DNA of 64,000 nt from Candidatus Taenariivivens baikalensis. GTDB lineage: Bacteria > Omnitrophota > Omnitrophia > Omnitrophales > Aquincolibacteriaceae. Made by a program: the position numbers and the translations under genes. The stretch lies in assembly GCA_009691445.1 (NCBI GenBank), contig SICL01000006.1:2486-66485 (forward strand). The letters are read 5' to 3'. The notes beneath the pieces are model-generated. The model worked only from the letters and a program-made list of their open reading frames with translations. It did no database searches and was not told where the DNA came from. Of this stretch, positions 19,801-34,800 are shown one piece after another. Numbering within the stretch: the first letter of the stretch is position 1; each line of letters starts with the position of its first letter.

Positions 19801-22800
19801 TCATCAGGCGTATCCAAGAGGGCGAGTATCGTGCAAAAATTTTATTTTTGAGCGGAAATCTTTCTTGGGATCTTAAACACCTGAAGCAGATGCTGGCGGA
19901 CTTCTCCGGGCAAAGTCTTGCCAAACCCGAGGATTGGCTGATCCTGCCCGAATTTTTACGGCATTACCAGAATGTGACACTGGAAAACTTCCACGGACTT
20001 CCCCACGAGGTGGCTATTCTCTTGGCTCAAGCAAAAAGAATTCCTATGCAAGACCCCTTTGTCTCTATCCTGCAGCCAGAAACAGTCCGGAAAATCCTTG
20101 CCGAAGCCAAACGCCGGAAGCTGGACCTGAGCCGCGAAGAAATCCTCGCGTACCTTCTTATTTCCTGGACGCAGGGAATGCATCCTGTTTCCTTTGGGAA
20201 TAATTCTGTGGCTCTTGCCATCCAATTTTTAAGGGATGCCTGGAAGAAGGAAAACGATGCTCCCGGTGTTCAAGAGCTTTATGAGGCGGCGGTTTCGTTT
20301 GTGAAAAAAATGAATGATTCCGAATTTAGGGTAAAGATGAATCGGATTAATAAACTCAATGCCGAGTTTCTCCAAAAAAATCCCAAAGCCAAAGACAACC
20401 TCGCTTGGGAGTGGGGAAAGCATTACCTTGCACTGGGGGAAACTAAATCTTTCACGCGGGAGGAGCTTTTAGGGCATTGGGTGATTCATACGGCCCTGCA
20501 GCAATTTAACGGGAAAATTCCTGACTTTATGGAGGGGATGATCATTCTTATGGAGAAGGGCTGGAAGGCAGCTGGAGTTTCCTACGAAGAACTCCATCGA
20601 GGCTTCCTTGGGTGGATGCCCAAAATTGGCCAGAGAGATCTTTCCCTGAAATCTAAAGCAGCGGAAGAGCTTGTCCTGGAGACATACTCACGCTTGACCA
20701 AATCCAGCCTCGCAGCAACTTTATCCCGAAGCTCGGCGAAGAACGTTATTGCTCTGCTTCATGCCCCGCCGGAGGCACGTGAGGGCATTGAAAAAGTTTT
20801 TCAAGAGCATTTGCAGCGATTGTCTTCCCAGCGTCCGGAATTGCGTTTGGGGGCCCCACGTTCCGAATTACGACAAAACCGGCCGCCCTTTGGATCGTTT
20901 CACGAGTTTGTGGAAAAGCATGCGGTGAAAATAGAGACTCAAAACAGCTTGATGGTATATGTCGGGAAAGGAAAGGGGAAGGAAGATTCCAAAGAAATGA
21001 CGGAGTGGGCGGCGGCGCGTGCGCTGATTGACGCGAATATTGCTCACAATAAATTATTCGGTGTAGACGGTCAGAAAAAGCGCTTTGTCGCGGTGTTTGC
21101 AACGGGAAGTACCATGATCGGTATTTACAAAAAAGTAATTATTCTGGCCGATCAGCATGAAGAAAAAGAGGGGATTGATTTTTCTACCGCGCGTTCTTAC
21201 AACCTCGATGAAAATGGGGGGCTCGCCCCGGACCACCCGCAAAGCTACCGCTATTTCATGAACCACCACTTGTTTAACGGGTTAACCGAAAGAATAAAGG
21301 AGAAAGCGTTCAGCCTTGATCACACCTATGTTTTTCCCGGAAATTTACCGCCAGCGGAGTATCCCGCCGAGTTTGAGCGCGTTCATAAAGAAATCGAGAG
21401 TTATGGAGGAATTGATTTTCTTTATCTGGGAAGCGGAGAGAACGGCCATTTTGGATTTGTGGAACCGCCTTATTTGATTAACCTCGATTTTGCTGAGTTT
21501 CTTCTTAAAAATCCAAAGCAATCGCTCGATGCGCTTTTTACTGAGAAGCCGGATGAATACCGTTTTCTCCGGGATTCGAATGATTTCATCCTTGAGAAAA
21601 GTATTCAGGGCGACTCTCGTGCGCTTACCCAACGCATTTTGGATTTAAGAAACCAGATCCGGGGAGCCCTTCATGAAGGACTTGAAAAAGGAGGAAGAAA
21701 TGGCGATATGGCTCAGGATTTTCGGACTGCCCGCGGAAGATATTATGAGGAGGAAGCGTCGAAAAAAAGATTCAAACTTGCGGCCAAGTGGTATCACACC
21801 AATTCGTTTCCGGTTAAAATTAAAGCGGCTTTAAAAAAATACGGTCGCCGCCTTTTACACGAACAGATGACGACGATTTATTTTAAGGAGGGCTCTGTAT
21901 TGGAGAACCTTCGAGAGCCGATGGAACTACCAACCGTCCAGTTTAAGACATTGAAGGAGCTTTTTGCTACCCCGGCCAAGCTCTCCTTTCTGAATGCCAA
22001 GACGCCCATTGTGAATTCACGTCTGGTCGAAAATTTTGATACCGTTCCGCTTTGGGCTCCCACCATGGATGGCGGGCTTGTCTTCAGTGCCAAGAAAATT
22101 ATCCAAGTGATCACGGGGCCTATGAAAACGGATGCGGCCTTGAAGATTGTGACAGGACCGGTTTCTCATGATGTCCCCAGCTCCTATCTTCAATTAATGC
22201 AACCCGGATCTACAATAATCCTTCTCGATCAAGCCGCCGCGCAAAAAATCCTTCTCTACCAAGCGAGCCGTTCGGAAGTGAGAGGGGACGTATCCAAAGG
22301 GGCTTCCGAGGAAATAATAGCGAAAAGTGTTTCGGTGCTTGAAATGTTGGATGCTAATTTTCGCTTGGTCCAACGGGCGAATGAATGGCTGGTTCATAAT
22401 AACGAGCTGTTTCCAACGAAGTTGCTAAGATTCAAATACATGCATCCTATCAAGGGCGGAGTTAATATGGCTCAGCGTCAAAAAGGCAGATGGCTGGCCC
22501 CAGAAATTACTCAGGGATTCCGCCGTGCCAAAGCAGAATGGGAAGATGGAGTTCCGAAAGAAATTTTCGAAATCCTCCCCTCCCAAAAGCTCAATCTGGA
22601 TGCCTTGCTTGAAAATATCGAAGCGTTGTTTTCAAGGAGATTTTTGAGGAGTTCTTCCGCTCCAAAATGGTTCAAAGAATTCAGCGAAGTTGTCAAGGCG
22701 TCTGCAGACGAAAAGATTGTTGAGTTGGTTAGCGTTGAAAGATCGAGCGAGGATGAGGCTAAGAGAAAAGTGGCAGCTGTTCTGCTTAAAATCAAATTTG

Positions 22801-25800
22801 ATTTACTCGGAATTGCCCAAGAGAAAGCCATCCAGGCATATAGAGCTTTTATGATGAACGACTATGAAAATGCGGCTAAATTCATAAAGGAAGCTCAAGA
22901 AGCGAGCGATGAAGGACAAGCTAAACGCTTAAAGCGTCCTCCGCAGGAACCTCTTTATAATAAGGACGAGGCAATCAAAGAGGCTTTCAAGTCCGCTCTT
23001 AAAGCCCTCGAGAAACTCCAAACCCGTTCGGAAATGCGGAGCGTGTCGATTCCAGATGCGGTGGAGGGACTGAGGCCTGCGATTGCGGAAACGGAAGAGG
23101 TTTGGGGCGGGCCAATGTGGAAAAAAGACGAACTGTTTGATTTTCTAAAACAAAGTCTAGAGCCGGGCCGTAATCCCATTCAAAATAAAATAGTTTCGAT
23201 TTTTGTTCCCCGGGCCGTGGTTCCCAATGAAGCACGGATGGGTCTGACTCCGGCCGGCGTTAAAATCCTTCGAAAGCTTGAAGCCCTTCTGCGAAAAGTA
23301 GATCCTGAAATTCAAATTAAAATTTATGTGGAAGAAGGTTCGGGAGTTAACCGCGACACGGGTGAGACTTATTATTCTGATTTTAATTACAGCCTCGAAG
23401 GAGCTGTTGTGTTGCCTTATGGAGTGTTTGTTGACAAAGCGGGTGCAGTGGGGCCTCATAAAATCGTGGTCGATATTAAGGAGCCGCCGCCAAGCGCGTT
23501 TCCCTTTCTTAAAGACGCTGTTTTATTTACGTTCCTGCATCCTGCGAGTTCTAAAAAAATGACTCAAAAACTGCTTAAGACTGTGAGAGCCGGCTTTGCG
23601 TATGAGAGTATTTTTTTTAAAAACCAACGTCAAGTCGCCAAAGTTCCAATTTTGGATCCGGCCAGCCGCGCGGCAGGTAAGGCAACGGCGGTTCGTTATG
23701 CATCGCTTGTCAAATACCGAAAGGATCATCCAGCCAAGGAGCTCACGGGTTTGGCTTGGCTCGCGGATAAGATCAAATACCTGTTTCTTTTCGTTTTTAC
23801 TTTTGGAAGGGTGAGAATTTCAGAAAGTGATGAGGTTGAGATAATCTTCCGCGAAAATATGAATTTGAAATCGCTAGAGGAAATGAAAAACCTCCAAGGA
23901 ATTCTGGACGGAAAGACGGTCACCATCTTGGGCGGAGGAATTGTCGCTGAAGAAGCGATGCTTTATTTGTCTGGGTTCGGAGCGCGGGTTTATGTGACAG
24001 AGGTCGAAGAAGGACGCAGACAGGAATTAGCCGAACTCATTTCGGGCAAGGAATTGCAGGAAAAGATTACGGTTTTGACCCGGGGAAATCCTAAGCAGCC
24101 GATTGAATTCGAGACAAAAATTAGAGACGCTCTTGAAAACTCCAATGCAATCATTGGAACCATTTCCATTCCTGGTGCCCGCACGCCTATTGAAATCACG
24201 CGGGCTCTCTATAAGAAACTAGTGTCTAAAAAAACGCTGGCAGTGCGAGACGAGAGTAACCATCCCGGAGATGGTCAAGCTAATGCTGAGTTTGCTCGCA
24301 AATTGGAATTTGTCGGCGTGCCTTCGATCGATCAAGGCGGGGATATTGAGGGAGCGCGTCCCGCAAAATTTAAACACGGATGGCTGCGTGACTGGTTTGG
24401 AGTGATTTGGTTTGCGGTGACCAATATACCGTGCGCAGGAGATCCCAGAGAAACTTCTGAAAAAATGCAATTGGCCAAGATGACCTACCTGACACTGCTT
24501 ATTCTAACAGAATTGATGGGTGAGAAATTTTTGCTCCAGGTATTTCAGAAATTTCCGGAAATGAAACCGGGGATGGTGATGCTGCGCGGACATTTGACGA
24601 ATGCCAAGGTCGCTGCTGCTCTTCGTCTGCCGTTTGTCGCGCCGGAGCCCCTCATCGGCTCTCCGGTTCGCTCCGAAGTGCGGTCGTTGAATACCACGGG
24701 GGCGATTCCGGATGCCGTTCGATTTAGCGACTTCCTTCTAAGATTGTTGCCGGAAATCACGAAATCTTTTTCCCGCCGCTCGGAAGTACGTTCTACCGGA
24801 GTGACGAAGCAGGATATGGCTCCCCTGATTTTTTCCAAATTGCTTAAAGGATTTGTGCACAGAACCCAAGCCGAAGCGGGTGACGGAGCGGTTTCTTACT
24901 CGGTGATTCCGGAGAGGGCTGAATTTACGCGCTGGCTGAATATTCAGCAGGCACGAGCCAGTGAGGAATTGATTTTGAAGGGACTGCAAAGCATGGAACG
25001 GGCTGGGGTTTATCTTTATGATGGAATCACGTTGGAAGAGCTTGAGAATCAACACAAATATTATCTGGGTCATGCAACGTCGGTGATTCTTATGACTCTT
25101 GGAGCCGCACTCGGGTTCTGGCGCGTGTTAGAAAACCAGTCTCTCGAAAATGTTCAGCTTGAAAAGCTTGGTCTGGCTACAAACCAGCTTGATTCCTTCG
25201 CAGTTTTTTTAAGGTCTTTAGGGGAAATCTTTAATAAACAGATTTTGCCTACGGGAATTCAAGGGCGTGCATTAGCTGAACAAATGAATGAGATACTTGC
25301 GCGAATGGGGTCTCTGACGCGGTTTGATGTGAATGATCCCATTCACCCGCTTCCTTCTCCGCTGAAAAAAACCCCTATGCCAGAAACGGCGGCGGTTATT
25401 AGTCCTGTGATCCGCATTGAACTTAATGCTGAAAATTATCGCGGTAAAACGGTTCGAGAATTTCTGGATGCATATAGTCCGAAAATTATGTCACAGCTGC
25501 CCGAAGGTTCTGAGTTGTACGGATTTAATACTGTGAATATTGCAGGAAGGATCGTATCGGGTGCTAACAAGCTTGAGTACCAAATCACGGGAAAGAAATT
25601 GGTTTTTTCCTATCCAAATCAAAAGGCACGCTCCGAAGTGCGTAGCCTGTTAGCCCGCGAACCGGTGCACCCGTTAACCAGTATACCGGGCATGGACGAC
25701 GTGAGTTTTTTGACACTACTTAAAGGATTTGATCGCCTCACGCAAGCGGAAGCGGGTGAAGGAGCCGTTTCTTACTCTGTGATTCCGGAGAGTCCTGACC

Positions 25801-28800
25801 TTACGCGTTGGCTCAATATTCAGGAGGCGCGATCCAGCGAAGCTTTGATTTTACACGAACTGCAAATTATGGAGCGAGCCGGGGTTTATCTTTATGATGG
25901 AATAACACGTGAGGAGCTTAAGTATTATCTGGGGAATGAAACGGCGGTGATTCTTATGACTCTTGGAGCCGCGCTTGGGTTCTGGCGTGTTGCCAAAGGG
26001 TCGCGTTTGGAAGATATTCAGTTTAAAAAACTTGGTCTTACCACAGAATACATCAATGCCTTTGCACTTATTTTGCGGAGAGATTTGGCGCGTTTAATCT
26101 CTGATATTGGGATAAACAGGGACGACGGTCAGTACCAAGTGGGAGAATTTTTTTTATATACCAATACAAAAAAAATAAAAGGTGCGGCGATTCAGGACAT
26201 CATTAACCGATCTACGGGGTACTTATTTAGCGCGCTTTTGAAAAAAAGAATAAATCTCCATGAAGAGTTTTCGATGAGAGAGCTTGTCAATCTTCCGGAT
26301 TTTCCTCTGGGGCATTATTGTTTAATCCGTCTCCTTTTGGCGGGTCAAATTCTGGAATACTGGAAAGTAGAAGCGTCTTCGATAAACAATTTTTCAATCC
26401 GCCTTTTACCTGCGGGGCTTGAAATACTTGCTGAACAATCGTTCCAGCAATCTGCGCTGAGGGAGTCTGTCGCACGACCCGAGTCTCCTCAGTCGAGACC
26501 ATCTGAAATAACAACAGTGGCAACCCCGGCGCCTGTCTTTGCGTTTACGCCGCTTCCTCCTAAGCCTGTCCAAATACCTTCTGCGGCGAAACCGGCTGTT
26601 AGCAGCAATGTCATCCGCATTGAACTTAATGCTGAAAATTATCGCGGTAAAACGGTTAAAGAATTTCTGGATCAACATCGTCAAAAAATTATGTCACAGC
26701 TGCCCGCAGGTTCTGAGTTGTACGGATTTAATACTGTGAATATTGCCGGAACGATCGTATCGGGTCATCACAAGCTTGATTGCAAAATCACGGGAAAGAA
26801 CTTGGTTTTTTTCTATCCAAATCCAAAGGCACGCTCCGAAGTAAGAACGGTATTGTTTGATGATAATTTTCAATTTTCCAAGAGGCCTGAGGCGGATGTC
26901 GCTGCAGAAAAGCAGTATGCCGACGCCAAGATCGAAGAATTTAAGACTGTGGTTCAAGCTCAGTTTGGTCAATCGGGTGCAGCCGTGCATGCTAAAGTCA
27001 AGGAAGCCACTGACGCTTGGCTTAACTTGATCAATGAATTTGTGAAGGACCTCGAACCCATATCCGTTGATGATGAAGGAGATCCTCTCTATAAGCGTAA
27101 TGGCACTTATTTACGGATTATCACCTTTGACATTCGCCCGAAGAAACTGTATCAGTTTTATTGGGAAAGATCCAACCCTGAGGGCGAAGCAGACCCTTAT
27201 GAGAGATTTGATTTTTTTGATGTTGCTATTCAAAACGGAGTTATCATTGATTTTTTTCCGTTCACTGATGTGGAGATTATCCGTGGTGAGGGGGGGAGAG
27301 CATCGCGCCAGGACCTAGCTATTTTAGGACAGGGAATTAGTTTTATTGATTTTGAGAATGAAAAGCGAAAAGAGGGGCTTTTTTCTGATCTCCACGCGAA
27401 ATTGGTGGATGAATTTCAGAGAATAAAGAGCCTGCGGGATGATCGGGGACTAGATGTTACCTCGTGGCCAACAGGAAGGGAACCAGATGCTAAGCTCACT
27501 CAAATTCGAAGTCGAATCATAAATTTAAAAAACCAACTCGTTGAAAGGATTGTTTTTCAGGAGGTAGAAAGTGCTGGGCGTATTTTATCCGCATCCGATC
27601 GAGAATTTAATTCAGCGGTTGATATTGCGGTTCTGATGGGCACGATCATCAATCGCTTTCGAAAACTCGTGATGCAAGCACAAGTTCAATCTCTAGATGA
27701 CTTAAGAAAATTAGCCTTTGATATTGCCCCCGAACTTGCGCGTTCGGAAGTGCAAAAAGGGTTAGCCGGTGAACAAGTGCGCGAGTCAACGGGTTTAAAT
27801 CCCGGGCACGCGATTACCCGGTCACCGGCTAAGCCGGACCGTCGCTCGGAATTGCGGAATAATCTGGTGCAGGAATTTCAGGTTATTTACAAGGGGCAAA
27901 ACACAGCAGTGACGGTTCGGGAGATGAATCTTGAAGATCTGGAATCAGGTGAGCATCCGCATTTTGAAAGCGCTCCGCTCTCACAATTACTTAAAACCAC
28001 CTGGATGAGTCGAGGGAAAGACGGTAGAGATCAAACGCAGGAAGCGTACGTGAATCGAAACGGCCAAGTGTTTTTGGAAAACGAATACGGTCTCCAGTTA
28101 TTGGCAGAAAAGGAAAGAGGCGGGAATAAGGGGGATAGTAATTTTGGCAGTATGAGGCAAGATAGGGAACAAGGATTTTTTCAGAGTATTTTGATTCGTG
28201 AAGCCATTATCCTTCTCACCAATCTCCGGGAACCTCCGAAGCCAAAACAGGTTGCTTCTGCCCCTGAAGTTGTCCATCGGAAGTATTCGCCTTTTGGTTA
28301 TCGTGGAGGAAGCGCTCCGAAAGTTCAGCGAAATTTACCTCAGCCGCAAAAACCAGAACCTGTCATTCAAGCTCAAGCGGCAATGCTGGAATGGTTTGAC
28401 GAAGCAGAGAATCGGCACCGGCGTGTCGTGCTCATCACAGACCGCGGCAAGTACCCGGTTGCTCGTGAAGGAGTTTTTGGAGAATCCTCTCCGCGTCCGA
28501 AAGTTGAAACAAATTTTGTGTTTGACCAGGATCGGATGAATCAGCCGGACGATCTTGAAATGCTTCGGGCCCTTGATCTCCAAACGTCAATTATCAAAAA
28601 ATATATTGCCCCGAAAGTATTTGCGGCTGCTCCGCCAGCTCCGAGTCTCGCAGCTGTGGCCGCGGCTCCACCCACAAACCCGAAGCCCTGGCAGACACGT
28701 TTAGCTGCAACTTATGTATCCCAACGCGAGATGGAGGCAGAGCTTTCTGAAGAAGGGCGTTTCTCAGGAGCTTATACGAAAGAGGGAATGTTCAGGTCGT

Positions 28801-31800
28801 CAATTTTTCATGGGAAAGATTTCCAGGAGGGAGTGTTTGTTGAGGGACGCATGAGAGAGGGAAGGCGCGGCGCATTAAAAGAAGCCGGCTTCAACGGAGT
28901 CTTCCACCGGGAAGGCGAATTTTATGTGGGAATTGAAATGCAAATTGATTCAAAGACGGCGCTCATAAAACCAGAAAAGATTCGTGCCATTATTCAAAAG
29001 AAGGATGGCTGGTTTGTTGCCTGTGAAATTCCCTTGATGCTTTATTCTGACGCCGCCAATTCCAAATTTTTTTCTGATTGGGCGGATATTATGGCGAAGG
29101 CGCTTCGCAAACTCGTGCGTGAACATCCACTGGAAAATCAGCCTTATTTTGAGGGCAAGTTACAAGAAATCTTTCCTCCGGCAGTGATGCTGCCCTTTCC
29201 GGAGAGTATGTCTGCCCGCCCGCAGACTTTTCCGGAACAAGTTGTGAGCGACGCGTCTACGATCGAAATTGCTCCCGGATTTTTTGCATTCATCCACGCC
29301 GAACCTCAGGGAGGAGAATACGATCCTTGGACTAGAAGGAGAATTCGGCCAACCCATTATGAATATTCTGTCCGATTCAAGGATCATTTGTCTCGCGCGG
29401 TAGAAAAAAAAGGTTACAACATAAGAGACCGCAGGGAAACGGTTTTGGGTTATCAAGTCACAATAAAGCCGGGAGATAATAATTCTTCTGCCAAAGTCTC
29501 AGCAGTCAAAACTGTGGGACCGGTCGAGGTTCAGCTTTTGGTGGATGGCTCAGAGAAACAGCCAAAGAGGGAAATTCCACCCATAAAGATTAGTTCCCTT
29601 CAAGTGAATCGGTCCAATCCCCAGGATGCTTCCATTTCTTTGGAAGGGAAAAGCATCGCAATAGGCGAGACACAACAAATTGGGCGTTTTGACATTTATT
29701 TTAAAGGCTATGCCCAATCAACTATCGAAGGCGTGCCGCCCGCCGTGATTTTGATCATCCTTCCGCGTTCGGAAGTGCGAAAAGGGTTAGCCGGTCAGCG
29801 AGTGAACCTGCCAACGGATTTAAATCCCGGGCACGCGATTACCCGGTCACTCGTTAAACCGGATCGGCGGTCGGAAGTGCGATCCACTCCGCTGGTTTCA
29901 GATCAAAGCAGGGATGTCTCCAAGGCTTTTATTCCTCAAGCCTTTAAACCCTTTTATTTTTATGATCGGGAAAGAAGACCCTCCGTGGAGTCTCAAGTCC
30001 CTGCTTCAGTTTTTCTTTTGGATCCCAGGGTTGATGCCTCGTTAAATAAAAACGAAGCCCACGGTGTTTTTCTCAAGCTAAAATCAAAGGGAGACCGAGT
30101 TTTGATTTATGATTATCACGTCACGCCAAATCCCTATGGCCAAACGGCTGAAGAAATTTCAAATCGTAGTGCTTATATCAACCATCTGGAAGTGAACCTG
30201 GATGAACATGGTCACTTGGAATCATTTATGATCCACAAGGGAGACCTGAGCCGCCACAGGCGTCATCCCTGGATTTTTGGAGATGTGGAAGCGTGGTTAA
30301 GTGCCCAGAAAGGAAAGCCATTCAATATTTCGAATCCTGAATTTCCGAAACAGATTCAACCCGGTGCAAGGAGATTGCCCGCAGTTCCGCAAGCGGGCAG
30401 GGTCAGGACGATGGACGCTAAAAATCCTAACTGGGTTACTCCTGAAGATAGTGGACTTGAGCTTCTCGTCAGCCGATTGGGAGATCCCGCGCAGCCTGTT
30501 GTTTTCAATCGTCTGCAGCAAATGCAGGAAAAGATTCTTGAAATGGGACCCGTGGCCTGGTCGTTTTTACTGGATCTTTATCCCTCGTTTACTCGCCAGC
30601 CCAAAATCCAGCAGGAAATCAAAATGATTCTTCTTCAGGCCGGACCCGCGGTTATTCCGGTGCTGCAAGGCTATATTGATCACCGCAGAGAACCCCAGGC
30701 AGTTTTGGCAACGGAACTCTTGCATCAGATCAATCCATTTATTGTCGACGATCACGCCGAATCGCCCATTGCACATATTTCTGAAATGAATTTGCCTCTT
30801 CCCTCGAATCTGGAACCCGCGAATTTGATTGTACTCGGAGGAATGGGAGCTGTTGCCCAAGTGTTTTATGAAACGCACATGAAAGCGTTGGCCCAGCGTT
30901 ACGGAGTGACATTGACGGCGGTGGACCTGATGCCGCAGGATGCTGCGCTCGCAAGAATCAAGGCTGAAAACCTTCCTTATCAAACTTACATCCAGGTACC
31001 GAATCGTCCATTGAACGGGCCGGAAACAGATTTTATGAAACAACTTCTAGCTCAGAATCCCAAAGGGGTTTTGATCCTGACCCGTCCCAACTCTCATCTG
31101 GATTTTACAAGATGGGCACTGAATAACGGGATCAAAGCTTACGTGGAAAAACCTTTTTCTCTTCCCGAGGACACTGTTACGATGGCAAAGCTTCACGAAC
31201 GGTTTGAACGGGCTATTTTTGCCATCGATTTTTTCTTTGATAATGAATCGGCCTTGAAAGGTTTTGAAATGTTGCAATCCAATTTCTTCGGAGATCTTGT
31301 TTCTATCAAAGGCAGCATGATCGAAAGCAATCTCATTGAAAACGGCAGAGGCTGGCTTGTGGACCGAAAAATCAATGGCGGAGGAATGGGGCCGGACATG
31401 CTGGTCCATTTGGTCGCGTTAGCGGAACTTCTTTTGACCAAATTCAAGCCATCTTCCGATCCTTCCCGGCATTTAAGTCTTGAGCAGTTTAAACTGGATT
31501 ATCAAAAGAGCAAACAGTGGCGTTACCGCGGAGCACCGAAAGGCCAGGAGACTTACCTTCATGCCATCGGAAATCTTGGACATGTTCCCGTGGATTTAGA
31601 TGCCGGCAAAGGCCTTCATGAGTGTGCGTATTTTATGATCCTTCAAGGAACCAAAGGAACGCTTGAGATTAATCTTGGAAATCACAAGAAAAATCAAAAA
31701 CCTTTCTTGGAACTTCGCTCGCGCAGCGGAGAAATTGTCTATCACGAAGATTTTGGAGCGGATATCGGTTACGCGGGTGCGGTCCGGAAAATTTTTGAAC

Positions 31801-34800
31801 ATCTTCAAGACCAAAAAAGGCCAGATGGAAAGCCGGCGGTCTCAGATCGGGAGCTTGATTTCCGGGTGCGTGCGGTCAAAACCTCCGTGGATTTGGTAGA
31901 TAAAGTAAACGGCGCGCTCGGCGGCGAATTTTTTTATCATAATGCCGGGCAGAATCCCGCGGAACTTTCGGTGCCTGAAAGAGTGGGGGAACGGGCAAAC
32001 CGTCTGATGCCTCTGCAATCGAATCTGATCAATCCCGTGACCCGCGAAAAAATGCAGATTCGCCGCCAACCCGGAGGAGACGCCTACCGTCATTATTATG
32101 ATTTGTACCGATCTTCGCAAGGCGATCTGCGATTCGAGGGAGTGACGATACAGCTGCTTGCCGACTCGTTACTGGTTGATAACTTAAAAATTCCTGCGAT
32201 TCAAGGATATCGGGAAGACGGTTATGCCATTCCCATTTTAAAGTGGGCGCTCGAGCTTGCCCAAAAAATTTATCCGGATTCAGAGTATCCTTTACTGATT
32301 TCTCAAGACGACGTGACGATGCTGCCGGTGCTTGACGGTATTTTTGACCCGGCGTCGATTGAGCTCCGAAATAATATGGATGGAACCTGGGGGCATCTCA
32401 AAGATCCAGCCTTCAATTTGTATCATATTTTCGGAGGTTCTTACAGCCGTGAGCCCAAAGACGAGGGCGCGATTATTCTTGCCGACCCTCAGTCTTATTT
32501 CCCTTTGGGAACGGCCCAAATCCGTAAGCAGGGTGAAAATTATTTGCTTGTTTCTTCAAGTCTTCCCGCCGCCTCCATAAAATTTCAAGGGCCTTTGATC
32601 CGGGCTTCTTATCGAGGAAAGCCGCTGCGCATTATTTTCCCTCATCAAACGATGGCGATTCGCGGTCTCCCTAAAAAGTGGGATGCCGACGCGGCCGCGG
32701 TCACACGCCGTTTGGAATTGCCGGCAACACTTGCTGAGATTAATATACTTATTGACGGAGGGAACATCGTCGATGCCATTCGATCATTTACGCGCAGTAG
32801 AGCCTCTTTAGATTCTCAATCTGTGAACATGATTGCCGAGCGTCTCAGGCAATCTTATTTGGATCCGCTTGTCGTTGTAGGGAAACTGGGAGGCACTTCG
32901 ATGGCTTTTGAGACTGCGTCTCCCTACGGACTTCTTGGATACCGCAATTCATCCCCGACAATCACGAAACCGGACAAAGCGGATACAGCCGTAGAAGTGG
33001 TTGAACGGATCGTGAAAACGATTTTGGATGTGATGAAGCCTTATGTTGAAGAAGATCCCTCAGCAATCAATCGATTTATGGCGATTCGTTTTAGCGCACC
33101 CGGTTATTTTGATTCGGAAGGAAACCTGATCGAGGATGAAGAAAATATCCCAAAAATCAAGGCCGGATTTAATTTCAGCAAGGAAGTTTTTCAAGCCTTA
33201 ACGAGCGCGCTTCAAAGGAAGGGATGGACCCGCCACGAGTCTCTTCCTCCGATCGAAGTCACTGTCGAACATGACGGGACAGCCGGAGCACGTGGGGAAA
33301 TCTCCGAGTTTGGGACTTTTCCAGGTGACGGCGATCTTTTTTTTCTGATCGCAGGCACAGGCATCGGAAGCAGGCGCTTTAAGGATGGAAAACCTTTTTT
33401 TGGGGATAAGCGCGTTCAGGGGCTGGCGAATGAAGGTCCTCATCACCTCCAGTTTAATGAAAGCAAGGAGCATCCGGATTTTGCTTACCGCGCTCTTCAA
33501 ACCCAAGGCTTTCCTATTAAACGGTTCAAACCGGGGCATGCCCGGCAAATCCGGGTTCCAAACCTTGAGGAAATTTTGCAGTACGGGCCTCATTTGATTG
33601 ATCTTGAGGATTTAACTTCCGGACCCAATATTGAAAAATATGCCGCGGAAGTTTTGAGAAAATTTAATCAGCATAGCGAGCATAACGCTGAAAAAGCTGA
33701 GCAACGAAAACTCGCTTTCGATATTTTAAACGAAGTCGGCTTCAATTTTGAAAGTGTTTCCACAAAACTGCTTGGAGAAAAAGCCAGAGCCGGAAATACA
33801 CTTGCCCAGAGAATCATTCGGCAAAGGGCGCGTTTGCTTGGGATTGGTTTAGCGGTTATGTTGGTTGAACAATATAAAGTCTTTGGAGCGGAAGAATTCG
33901 GAATTCCGAAGCATGTGATTCTTGGGTCCGGAGTTTCCCAGCTTGGTTCTGTTTTTCTGGATGCGGTCCGGGAAGGTTTTAAAGAAAGGCTGGATAAATA
34001 TTATACTGCCCGTCAGGAATATACCTTTGACCCCCATAGGCAGATTGTTCTTTCCAAAGTGATGGACGACACCGGCCGTGAATTTTACGGATTTCTTCCC
34101 ACCCCAACCGAAGCAGCGGCCTACAAACAAAAACTCGGATCTCTCTCACGTTCTGAAGCGCGGATGGATCGACGCGATTTTATACAATCCTTTATCGCTT
34201 TGACTGAAAGTGCTGTCTCTTTGGGCGCGGCCTTGGGTATTAGTTATTTGATCATCCTTCCGCGTTCGGAAATGCGAAAAAGGTTAGCCGGTCAGCGAGT
34301 GAACCTGCCAACGGATTTAAATCCCGGGCACGCGATTACCCGCTCACCGGCTAACCCTGACAGACGCTCGGAAGTGCGGGCGGTCAATACGGAGGGAGCG
34401 ATTCCGGTCAGGTCGTTTGATCTTTCTGCAAACCCCTCCAGAACAACCGAGGCAGGACTTTATCTGATCCGGCGTTTAGGATTACTCCAGACTTCAGTGG
34501 TGCCGCTTTTCCAAGCTATTCTAAAGAAAGAGGATCCCGATCCAGCCGTGGAACTGCTTGTGACAAGCCGGGAAGGTCTTTTCTTACAACCTCCCTCTGA
34601 TGAATTTATGACGGTGAGAAGGTTGAGTGGGCGCGATTCGCTTTACCGTCTGGATCTGAAAGATAAAACCATCACGCCTTTGACCTTTCCCGGCGTGTTA
34701 AATCCTTTCTCTGACGGAAACGGAAAACCCTTTGCACCGCTTACGCCTTTTCCTGCGGAACAAGGGGCTGTGCATTTTGCCCTTGTGGATAGAGATCTCA

